Source of the DNA: Podarcis tiliguerta
Lineage: Eukaryota
Assembly (NCBI GenBank): GCA_965153285.1
Contig: OZ229113.1
Length of the DNA stretch: 64,000 nt
Direction: 5' to 3' (one strand)
Part shown: one piece after another, positions 49,501-59,090 of the stretch
How the letters are laid out: every line of letters begins with the position of its first letter
How positions within the stretch are numbered: the stretch's first letter is position 1
Notes under the pieces: generated by a model
What the model was told of the DNA's origin: nothing
Database searches by the model: none
Seen by the model: only the letters and a program-made list of their open reading frames with translations
Made by a program: the position numbers and the translations under genes

Positions 49501-51113
49501 GGGAGGTCCCGCCGAGCGCGCGAGGCTTGGGGCGGCAGCTTCCCGCCCGAAGTAAGGAGAGCCCTCCGGAGGACTCCCTGTGCTTCGGGCAAGTGTCCGC
49601 AAGCCTTGCGCGCCCGACGGGAGGTCCCGCCGAGCGTGCGAGGATTGGGGCGGCAGCCTGCCGCCCGAAGCACGGGGGAGCCCTCCGGAGGACTCACCGT
49701 GCTTCGGGCGAGTGTCCGCAAGCTTTGCGCGCCCGATGGGAGGTCCCGCCGAGCGCGCGAGGTTTGGGGTGGCAGCCTGCCGCCCGAAGCACGGGGGAGC
49801 CCTCCGGAGGACTCCACGTGCTTCGGGCGAGTGTCCGCAAGCCTTGCGTGCCCGACGGGAGGTCCCACCGAGCGCGCGAGGCTTGGGGCAGCACCATGCC
49901 ACCCAAAGCACGGGGAGCCCTCCGGAGGGCTCCCCTTGCTTCTGGCGGGTGTGCGCAAGGCTTGGAGCGGCAGCCGCAGCTAGGGGGGAGGGAAATAATT
50001 TTTTTTTATTCATTTCCCCCCCCCCCCCAAAAAACGAGGTGCGTCCTATGGGCCGGTGCGCCCTATAGGACGAAAAATACGGTAAGTCTTAATGAATTTA
50101 GTGGGGCTTAATCCCAGGAAAGTAGGGTTAGGATTTCAGCCTTAGTATGTTCAATTCGGAAGTAGGATAACATTTGCTTTAGGAAAACCATTAAACTTTT
50201 TATCTAAATTCTAAACAAAAGAGACTGTTTTAAATGTGAATACCAGATTTCCTTGTCTATAATTCCCATCATCCTAGACTATTGGCTGTGCCAGCTGGTG
50301 CTGTTTGGAGTCCCAACAGTATCTTGAAATCCACAAGTTGCCCACCACTGTTCTATACAGTTCCTGAACATATGTTAGATCACATTCTCAGTTACAGTGT
50401 TAGCCTTTTGATTTTTTTTTTTTTAATTTCCTGAAACAAATTTGTAAACCCAGGAAAAGCTTTCTAGCAATGTAACTGGCCTCATTCCAATGTAATACTA
50501 AATTATGGCTTAGTGTTAAATAAATGAGCCTCAGGCTCACACACTGTTCCATGGCACAGCTACAAGGAACATTTTGGAAGCTCTCGGGGTTCTAAATAGC
50601 TATGCTATCCATGCAGGGAGCAGGCATCCCACTTGGAAAGTGATGACCTAATGTGAAGGAGGCAGGAAGAGCCATGTGACTTTGGGGACAGGGCTAGTTA
50701 ATATGAACGCTAGTCAGACATAATGTGATTAGTTAAAAACTAATCAGCTTCTGATCTCCTGACTGTGCCACATGGCTCACCCAGGTTTGTTCCTGAATGA
50801 AGCCACCAAGTTTACAGTAAAGAGCTGAGTCTGCTGTCCCTTTAATCATTCTGTCATTCATCCTAAAGTTATGCAAAGTCACGCATTACGTATAATTATA
50901 TAAAGGTTTGTGAGGCAGAAAGGCATATTCCTGTTTATTCTGTCATTTGGCTTAGTCCCTGTGTTTTCCTTAACTCTCTTCTATGAGGTCCATGTGGACG
51001 CAAACCACAAGGTTGTAACTACCCCAGCCTTTATGTGTGAAACACAATTGCATCACATTTATGATGGCATTGGAGCCATGGTAAAAAGTGTGTTGAAGCT
51101 TACAGGCAAATGA
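42861..51113 (+). CDS. GATD3: Glutamine amidotransferase-like class 1 domain-containing 3 (ES1 homolog / C21orf33, mitochondrial DJ-1/PfpI family), 7 exons, 262 aa
   Basis: Arg-rich transit-peptide-like N-terminus, [37 protein letters not shown] (nucleophile-elbow Cys), [11 protein letters not shown]. Exons join in frame. Confidence 0.96.
44077..44129 (+). CDS. GATD3: GATD3 exon 2
   Basis: [18 protein letters not shown], tgcag/gtaagt. Confidence 0.95.
44360..44473 (+). CDS. GATD3: GATD3 exon 3
   Basis: [18 protein letters not shown]...GES, tgtag/gtaaga. Confidence 0.95.
44863..44982 (+). CDS. GATD3: GATD3 exon 4
   Basis: [12 protein letters not shown]...[11 protein letters not shown], ttaag/gtgagt. 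Confidence 0.95.
46316..46459. mobile_element. hAT-like MITE, same family as 11571
   Basis: gactacagctcccatcat...ggctgataggagctggagt core. Confidence 0.5.
46990..47082 (+). CDS. GATD3: GATD3 exon 5
   Basis: [31 protein letters not shown], ttaag/gtgtgt. Confidence 0.93.
48217..48373 (+). CDS. GATD3: GATD3 exon 6
   Basis: [15 protein letters not shown]...GKWPYAGTA...IKEVT, tttcag acceptor, followed by the ATATCCTT U12 donor. Confidence 0.92.
48727..50082 (+). mobile_element. TcMar (Tc2/pogo-like) MITE expanded by an internal tandem array
   Basis: TA|CCGTATTTTTCGCCCCATAGGACGCAC...GTGCGCCCTATAGGACGAAAAATACGG|TA, subterminal sequence shared with 6259-6517. Confidence 0.9.
48890..49965. repeat. 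GC-rich minisatellite, ~9 units of 118-119 bp, each made of two palindromes
   Basis: GCCCGAAG anchor at 48954, 49072, 49190, 49308, 49426, 49545, 49663 and 49782, degenerate at 49901. Confidence 0.95.
50985..51113 (+). CDS. GATD3: GATD3 exon 7 (terminal coding)
   Basis: [42 protein letters not shown]. The start could be 50988 if the AG is used. Confidence 0.9.
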   Translation, partial: EVHVDANHKVVTTPAFMCETQLHHIYDGIGAMVKSVLKLTGK

Positions 51114-51375
51114 GGTGGATACCCATAATAGCAGTGACAATAACTTTAGGAAGTATGATCCTTATAACGCTGACCTAGCACAGGAGTTGCCTCTAAGAAT
51201 GCTTACGATTGTCTTGGAATGACATGTGTAATTTTCAGCACTGAAGAAGCTCAGGCCGGTTGAATCATGCATCCCCTCCGTATTTCAGCCACAGTCTTCA
51301 CATCGTCTTACAGTATATTTGACAACTTGCTCTGGAGATGGTCACTGCTTAACAAATCTGAATTGATAATGGAAT

Positions 51376-51616
51376 AATAAAAGCAATTACATCATAACCT
51401 CTCCAAATCTTTCCAATCGCTCATCAAGCCTTTTCAGAGACTATTCTAATTGCATAAAATATGTTTCCAAATAAATTCCTACCTTCTGAAAATACCTGAA
51501 CATTGAGAGCATGTAATCAAGACTTCTGAAACTGGGGGAGAAAACTACTAAAGAAACCACAAAATAAAAATGATTTGTTTTAAGTTATATAATATAAAAT
51601 AAATAAAGGAAATAAA
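51376..51616 (+). terminator. Cluster of candidate GATD3 poly(A) signals
   Basis: AATAAA at ~51376, 51470, 51562, 51602 and 51611. Confidence 0.45.
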
Positions 51617-53438
51617 TGTCCTCATAATTTTGTTGGAATGAATCCATGGTTTATTTTATCAGGGCTAGCTGAAGTTAACAAGTACGTTAGCTGTAAATCG
51701 TAATTTGACAGACAAATATCTTGTCTCATGATTAATTGGACTGATTATTGTGGAAACAGAAGATGTCTCCTATTGTACATTTTGTTTTTACCCTGCCATA
51801 ATTAACATCTCGCTCAATCGTATCTGGTGTGGTACTACTGCCTTAATTTTTTTTTTCTCCTTGAAGGAAACATTTTTTCCAGCTGATTTCAGTCACATCA
51901 TGGTTTTAAATTTCTCTGATTTGTTTAGCTTTCTTGTATTTCCACCCACAAGTTCAGCAACCACTGGGAGCCATCAGTTTGCTGATCATAAAGTTCCATT
52001 AACGATTAATATTCCCATTCCAAACATGATGCCCTGACCACAATTAAATAAGCATTCCACCGTTATTTTCTGTGGCAGGTCATTATCCTTACTCATGAGT
52101 AAGTCCCAGACTCCTATTTGGGAGAGGTGCCAGCTGTCATTTCAAGATAGGAGTCCTTTCCTAGCAGAGCTGCTGCTAAGTTTTATGTGTTTTCAAGAAA
52201 TTGGCATCTTTCATCTACAGAAGAAGTAAGCAATATTTGTTGCTGTGTCTGTTAGGTAATAGTTAAACATGTCACAGGAAATAGTGAGCTCACTTCCCTT
52301 TGTTAATATCCAGTTCAAGCACTCGTCAAAGCAGTTCCACGCATTGTTGCATAAATGTGCTCTAAGTTTGTATACTGTATTCCCTCACTCCCGTATTAAA
52401 CGTATGTGTGGGCAACATGTCCGTGGGAGCGTTGCCCACCGAGGTTGTGTGTCATGTGCATATGGTAGACATGAACAACGTCCACACTTGACAGGTTTGT
52501 TGTGGATAACACTGGTATGCAAACAGTTTCGCATAATATGCGAAGTTGCTCTCAATAATTACATCCACAAGATGGTGCAAATGGCTCCATTCTAAGAAAA
52601 TGATACTTATTAGACTAGGGATGGATTTCTAGAGTCCCACTGTGGCATAGAGGAATTTCCTGCATTGAGGCACCTGATCCTATACTTCTGAAACATCCAC
52701 AATCAAGTGAAAGCACTCAAGACACAGCAATTTATTGGTTTTATGTGGATAAACTCTTCACTAGTTCAGCTGCTTTCGCCACAACTTGGCCCTGTTCCCA
52801 TATAGGATATTATAATTTGTCTGGAAAGGAAATTTTTACAGAATGGGACTTGCCCATGTGCATTGCATGGAGGAACTTTTGGCAGACTGGCTTAAGGGAA
52901 TTTTCTGGGGATTTCCAAGCTTTAAAGTCAGATACTGGCTGGTAAACAGGTAGACCTTACACATTGTGCCACTGTATATACACATGGACAGAGTCCAAAT
53001 CAAGGAGACCAGTATCTCCAAAGCAGAATATCATGTTTAAACTCCTTTTACATACACGTACGTGATGCATCTTAGAAAATAGTTGGTGGCTGCAGCAGCT
53101 ACATCATGACCTAGTTAGAGCGGGCTTTTCAGTCACCATTACATACGTGTACAATGTGCTACTTAGGCAGACAAGTTCCACCCATGGCATCTCCACTTAA
53201 AAGGCTCAGGTAGCAGGTGATGGGGAAAACCTGAGACCCTAGAGCAGCTGTTGCCAGTCGGAACAGGCAATACTGGGCTAGATGGATAAATAGCTTCCTC
53301 TGGTTCTGTGAATCTTTAAGAACATGAATGCAATCATCTCTAGTTATATATGATTCTCACTGATGCTGAGCAGCTTACACAGCTTTTTTAAAAAAACATA
53401 ACTTGCTGGGGTCAACTTCTCTTTCCTCAAACCAGTTA

Positions 53439-53686
53439 CAGTGGAACCTCAGCAACCAAACGCCTTGGGAGCCGAATGTTCCGGCTCCTGGATGAACAAA
53501 AACCAGAAGCAATTCCGGTTTTTTAATGTTCTTTGGAAGCCGAACGCCTGGCACTGCTTTCACGGCTTCTGATTGCCTGCCGGAAGCTGCTGCAGCCAAT
53601 CAGAAGCCACGCCTTGGTTCCCGACCTGTTTCAGGAATCGAACAGACTCTCAGAATGTATTAAGTTCGAGAACCAAGGTTCCACTG
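53439..53686. mobile_element. Second Tigger-like MITE family
   Basis: TA|CAGTGGAACCT...AGGTTCCACTG|TA. Confidence 0.8.
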
Positions 53687-54524
53687 TATACCCCTTGAGA
53701 AATCAGATATAGGCATGGTCTCATTCAGTGTAACAACATGATTGGGTGTGCAATAAGTGCCCTGAAATTATTAAAGTTTGGTATCGGGAAAGTACCTGGA
53801 GAGTCTGAAGTCTAAAGGCTGTGTGCAAGCCAGTGACTGAACCTCTCATGAACCAAACCATCTGCAGCAAAATGTAGTCAGAAGTCTTCTGCAATCACCA
53901 CTACCCCAAACTCACAGTATCTTCAGCTACAAAGTCAAAACAGAAGCTTGGTGCTTACTTACTCAGAAATTAGGTTACTCTGCCCTGTTGGGATGCTACT
54001 GTCAAGTAGCCTCTCTCCGAAGATGTTGTTTAAGAGTCTTGACAACCTATCACCACAAGTAAGTAGTCAAATGTATCTTACTCCATATTATCTGGACATA
54101 GTCAAGTAAGTAGCTTATGTCACTGAGGTTCTGCATGGTGGTGGTGGGCTAAGCAAAAGTCCTTACTGTAATTCATTTTCAACAACAATTGCTTCATTTT
54201 TGATAGCACATACTGATTAGCTCAAACCATATGACAATGGAGTCTACTCCTACCTAATAACATTGTAGATTAGAATTGGCAAAAGGCCAAAAATACTATA
54301 GAGCTTCTTAATGAATCAAGAGTTTTATGTTGTTATTGTTATTGTTATTGTTATTAGCCTTTATTGGCATAAGCTTAAACAATAAAATCATACAAAGTCA
54401 TCCAAATACATTAATAATCCATACACATACAATACATAAAAGACTAGCTAGTCACCATTAAATAAATTGGGCAACTTCAGATCTAACTTTAAAGATCATT
54501 GCTAAATATGTAACCCTGTTACTG

Positions 54525-54643
54525 CAGGGTTGGCTGAGTCGAGACCTTCCAGATGAAGTTGGACTCCCATCATTGGCCTTTTGGGGCTGGGGCTGATGGG
54601 AGTCTAACAATATCTGAAAAACAGTAGGTTCTCCCCATCCTTG
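54525..54643. mobile_element. hAT-like MITE, same family as 11571
   Basis: cagggttgg...ggactcccatc...gatgggagtc...ggttctccccatcc. Confidence 0.5.
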
Positions 54644-55532
54644 CATTATGGTAATAGCAGTGTATGCTTATTTGGAGATTAGACCCACTATGTTGAATCT
54701 GTTATGTTTTTTCTCAGGTTAAGTGCACAGAACACTACACAACTAAACACAAATATCTCCCCATAACAGCTAAAATATTGTAAAATCAGTGCATGGGAGC
54801 ATAGCTGGACGGGCAAGTTGTACTGTTAAGTACCAATACTAAAGATGTTTCCTCATTACGACCTGTGGGAAAGTTATGGCGCCCAAGAAATATGACAGGT
54901 AAAATGATGCCCACTAGTACCTGCAAATCTTTAACTGAAGCTGCACGCTTGATTGTACACTTTACAACCCATCAACCATTTGGGGTCTGTGCCAAAAAAG
55001 ATGGTGAGGGGGCTGTAAAATGTCTTTATATTGAAAACGCTTCTGGTACTCTAAACTCTGAAGGATATCATCTGGTGCGCCACCAGGACTCCCCAAGTTG
55101 CAACTTGCAAGTGGAATTTTCAGAACATTTTTGTTAAACGTATGTGCTAATAATAGGTTACTCCTGGAATCTCATGACCTAATTTTTTTTAACTCAGATA
55201 TCCTCTCTGCTGAGGAAATATGATAGTTCCCTTTTACAAAGAGAAATCAAATTCCGTTTCCTTAGTATCATTTACGCTGGTGGGAGTAAAATCAGTTCCT
55301 CTCTCGGCCCCCACTCCAAATTCCCTTTGCTTCCCCCTCGGAGTTTCCTTCTCATTATTGCAAAGATTCCCCTTTTGCATAAAAATAAGACCATCTACCT
55401 CAAATGGTATGGTATCTTTCTTTAAAAGAATAGGGAAGAAATGCCCCATTGATTTATTAACTTTAGCATTTAAGAAATTTGATAGCAAATTATTCTGCAG
55501 AAGACAGAATTGAATTTAACTTTTTTTGTGTA

Positions 55533-55753
55533 TAGTGGTACCTCGGGTTAAGAACTTAATTCGTTCCAGAGGTCCATACTTAACCTGAAACTGTTCTTAA
55601 CCTGAAGCACCACTTTAGCTAATGGGGCCTCCCGCTGGCGCCACTGCTGCCCGATTTCTGTTCTCATCCTGAAGCAAAGTTCTTAACCCGAGGTACTATT
55701 TCTGGGTTAGCAGAGTCTGTAACCTGAAGCGTCTGTAACCTGAGGTATCACTG
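55533..55753 (-). mobile_element. Tigger/pogo-like TcMar MITE, copy 3 (reverse)
   Basis: Reverse complement of the 36362 family, TA flanks. Confidence 0.88.
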
Positions 55754-55769
55754 TATTTGATTAGGTTTC

Positions 55770-55870
55770 ACATGAAAGGTTGTGCCACAGTAGATTTGTT
55801 AGTCTTTAAGGTGCCAAGAGACTCTGTTGCTTTCAGTATAACAAACTAACATGGCTAACCCTCCAGAAAC
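55770..55870 (+). mobile_element. Penelope-like element terminal fragment (similar bits at ~23968 and ~38194)
   Basis: atttgttagtctttaaggtgcc...ctaacatggctaacc motif typical of reptile PLE termini. Confidence 0.45.
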
Positions 55871-58469
55871 CAAAGTTTGCAACTACTTCAAATTTTCTCA
55901 ACATACTGTCAGTTTTAAAAAAGAGGATCAGTCATAGCACAATATAGTTTCATATCTTCTTAGACCAGGGCCAAAAGAGTGGGAGTAGGGAAACATGGTG
56001 GGGCTTTCCTAGGAGGGTAAATGGAAACTTGATTAACATCTTTCAGTACTGCACTCCATGTGATAAATTTTTAGCTCTCAAGTATGAACCTTTGTTTCAC
56101 ACGGTTCCCAGATTGAGGCAAACCATCTCCTCTTAGACTGCTATCTGAAGAAATTATGAACTCGCATGCAGTGCAAGCCAAGCCAGGCCAAACTACGAGT
56201 GCCTGTCTGACACCGCAACACATTGTAAGAGTTTGCCAATTTTCAGCAGGCCCTTCTAAATTCTGTCCTATCTGAACTGAGTCAAGTTGACTCATCCTCA
56301 TCCAGGCTATCAGTGGACACAGGCATGTATTCAAGAACACACTACCTTAAAAATATATTATTAAAATGAGAACTAGGACTAGTGGAACAGAGCTATGTGA
56401 TCCCTGCCTCTTGTACATAGGTGCAATCCTGATCGGTTTTTAAAAGAGAGGGGGTAGAACATTAACAGCCTGTCCTTCTTGCAGCAAGCTTACGTATGTC
56501 CCTTATCCACTGCATGAGGACAGGCAATTGCACTGCCAGTGCAAAATCCACCTAGTACTACTAGTATTCATTCCTCACCATAGCTTCTCTTCTCTAAACA
56601 TTTCCAAAGTGAAGCATAATATGCGAAGTCACACTGGCTAAGTCTTGATGAAGTATCAAGAGAGAAAAATGGGAGGCAACTATTCACAAAACATTCCAAG
56701 GGTGTTTATCAAAGACTACAATGACTCTCATAATTGCACTCTGTTATAATCAACATCCACATTGCTCATGTTATTGATGTGTACTTTAGGTTCAAGAAAC
56801 TGCTGCGTATACTAGATTAAGTTTCAGGCAAGTGATAGCCTGAATCAATGGGCAAACCTGATAAGCAATGGACCAACAGCTTGGCATTTGTGTGTGAAAC
56901 CATCATGTAATGTACTTATTTTGCTTGTGTCAGCATGTCACCCACAAAAGAAGAAGTGGGCTTGGACATGAGTGAAACAAATGTGCAATAATGAGAGCAG
57001 ACCCATTAGCACATGATGAAAGAATTGACATTTAGAAAACCTCAAGTATGGCAACTTCAGTGGATTGCGTGAACTTGCCTTCAAATTTAGTTGAACTCAA
57101 CATTAAACTTTACATGAACTATGAAGAAAACAGGACAAGTGGTGATTGTAAACGAGACTACTGTTTGAAAATAAAACCAGCCCCTTTCTGATCTGCCTGA
57201 AAAGTTTTAAGTACAATTTTTCAGCCCAGTCAACAGCATATGCAAATGTACCATATATGTGTTAAGGAAATATGGGCAGAGCCTCCTCTTTCTTAATATT
57301 GCTTTGTTCCCCAATGTTTATAAACCTAATGGCTTGGTACCAGGTTTAGCATTCATCAGACACCTAAGAGTAATGGAGCTGAAATGTGTTTAAAGCGTTT
57401 GAGATACAGAATATTAAAATAAACACTTTTGAGAAACCTTTCCTTTCCTTAACTGTACTGGTAAGATCACAACATCAGGCCCAAGGTTCATTCTGTTCCC
57501 AAAGGGGACACCCACATGTCTATGGGAAGCCCATAAACCTAGAATTTGAGGGGATATTGGGGGTGGGGGAGGATATTCTGAGATCATTGACTTAAAGATC
57601 CAAAATGTGAATAGTTCTTTGTCATTTAACTAGGAAATAAACTGAGCAAGTGGCTATAAAATCTCCTCCTATACCTGAAGTCCAGTGAATCTCTGACCAC
57701 CGAGGGTGGAACACAGTAAAAGAAGTGGTTGACTGAATTAGAATATAAAATCAAGGGAATACAGATGATCGTTGGTTAAAATGCAACTTACCATGATATG
57801 CAAGTAACTCAGGAATATCAAACGTTCTGTCCGTGAACCCTCTAGTCCTCTCTGACAAGCTCTGGGGACTCTCTTCCATGGCTGCAACCTCTATCTGGCT
57901 TGCTCATGCTCTCTTGGAATGTGTCTTTGAACTGTGGTCAGGCCCCTTCATTTGCTGAATGAAAAAATATGGAGAGAGTCAGGGTATATGTGTGTAGAAA
58001 CCTCCTGCCTGCCGGCTGTATGGAGCAATAAGACACACCCATTTGCTCCATCTACTCTGGCCTCTAGCACAGCCCACCACAGGCATGCAACTCCCACAAG
58101 CCCTCAGGCGGAAAATAATTCCCCACTCCTGATATAGGCACTTGGTTTGCCTGGGGGGCAAAAGTAGGACTTCTATAGTTTGACATTTTGTCCGTGTTGG
58201 TATACTGTTTTTAGGACCCACCCCATTTCTGCAATTTTAAGTTGTTCTAAACTGCTTTTTAAAGATTGTGTTTTCACTGTTGTAACCCATGGCACAGGCT
58301 GGATGGTTGCCAGGCGTAATTCATTTAAACATTTGATGGGTTTTTAATGAACTGGGGGTAGGGGCATTGAACACAGAGGAACTGCAAATCCAAAACCCTG
58401 CATAACTTGTGCTAGTTGTGATTGTAGTGTTTTAAGTCTGCTTTTAATGCTGCATTTTATATTGCTATA

Positions 58470-58712
58470 CAGTGGTACCTTGGGTTACATACGCTTCAGG
58501 TTACATACGCTTCAGGTTACAGACTCCGCTAACCCAGAAATAGTACCTCGGGTTAAGAACTTTGCTTCAGGATGAGAACAGAAATCGTGCTCTGGCGGCG
58601 CAGCAGCAGCAGGAGGCCCCATTAGCTAAAGTGGTGCTTCAGGTTAAGAACAGTTTCAGGTTAAGAACGGACCTCCGGAACGAATTTAAGTACTTAACCC
58701 AAGGTACCACTG
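58470..58712 (+). mobile_element. Tigger/pogo-like TcMar MITE, copy 4 (extra 16-bp tandem repeat)
   Basis: TA|CAGTGGTACCTTGGGTTA...TAACCCAAGGTACCACTG|TA, with ggttacatacgcttca present twice. Confidence 0.9.
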
Positions 58713-58844
58713 TATAATGTTGCAATCCACCCTGAGACCATCTGTAGGAGGGTGGATAATAAAATTTAATCATCATCTAGGAACTGGCTCTTTGTTCAAA
58801 GGAAAACTGAGCTTACATTGGTTTAAAAACATTTTCAAAAAATA

Positions 58845-59090
58845 TGTATTCATTTATTTAATAAAATTTACACACCACGATTGTAAAAAGCCTCAAAGCA
58901 GCTTGCAAAAAGATAAAGCAATTAAGTTCAAGAAAAATTCACAGCCATACTTCAAAACATACAAAAGTTTAAATACTAAAACAGATTAAAGTTACCTCAA
59001 CTTTCTAAGGAACTGAGTAGGGTTGCCTAAACAAGAATGTTTATAGTAGGCGCCAAAAAGAGTACATTGAAGGTGCATGCTTGATCTCCA
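58845..59090 (-). mobile_element. LINE (L2-like) 3' end fragment
   Basis: Homologous to 2700-2938. Confidence 0.6.

Larger units (their letters stand above)
48374..50984 (+). other. U12-type intron of GATD3 with AT donor and apparent AT (non-AC) acceptor
   Basis: 5'SS ATATCCTTTT, branch site TTCCTTAAC at 50966-50974, ends ...ctcttctat|GAG GTC CAT (alternative AG at 50986-50987). Confidence 0.85.

Noticed and set aside
48890-49965. CRISPR-like or REP/BIME-like palindromic array
   Set aside because: There are no unique spacers and no cas or transposase genes. The context is a vertebrate intron inside MITE TIRs.
48688-50111. Long ORFs (281-431 aa) on both strands
   Set aside because: They are by-products of a GC-rich, stop-poor palindromic tandem repeat. 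The peptides are periodic and show no transposase (DDE/D) or other domain.
55770-55870. Hammerhead ribozyme in a Penelope-like fragment
   Set aside because: The CTGANGA/GAAA catalytic core is missing or decayed.
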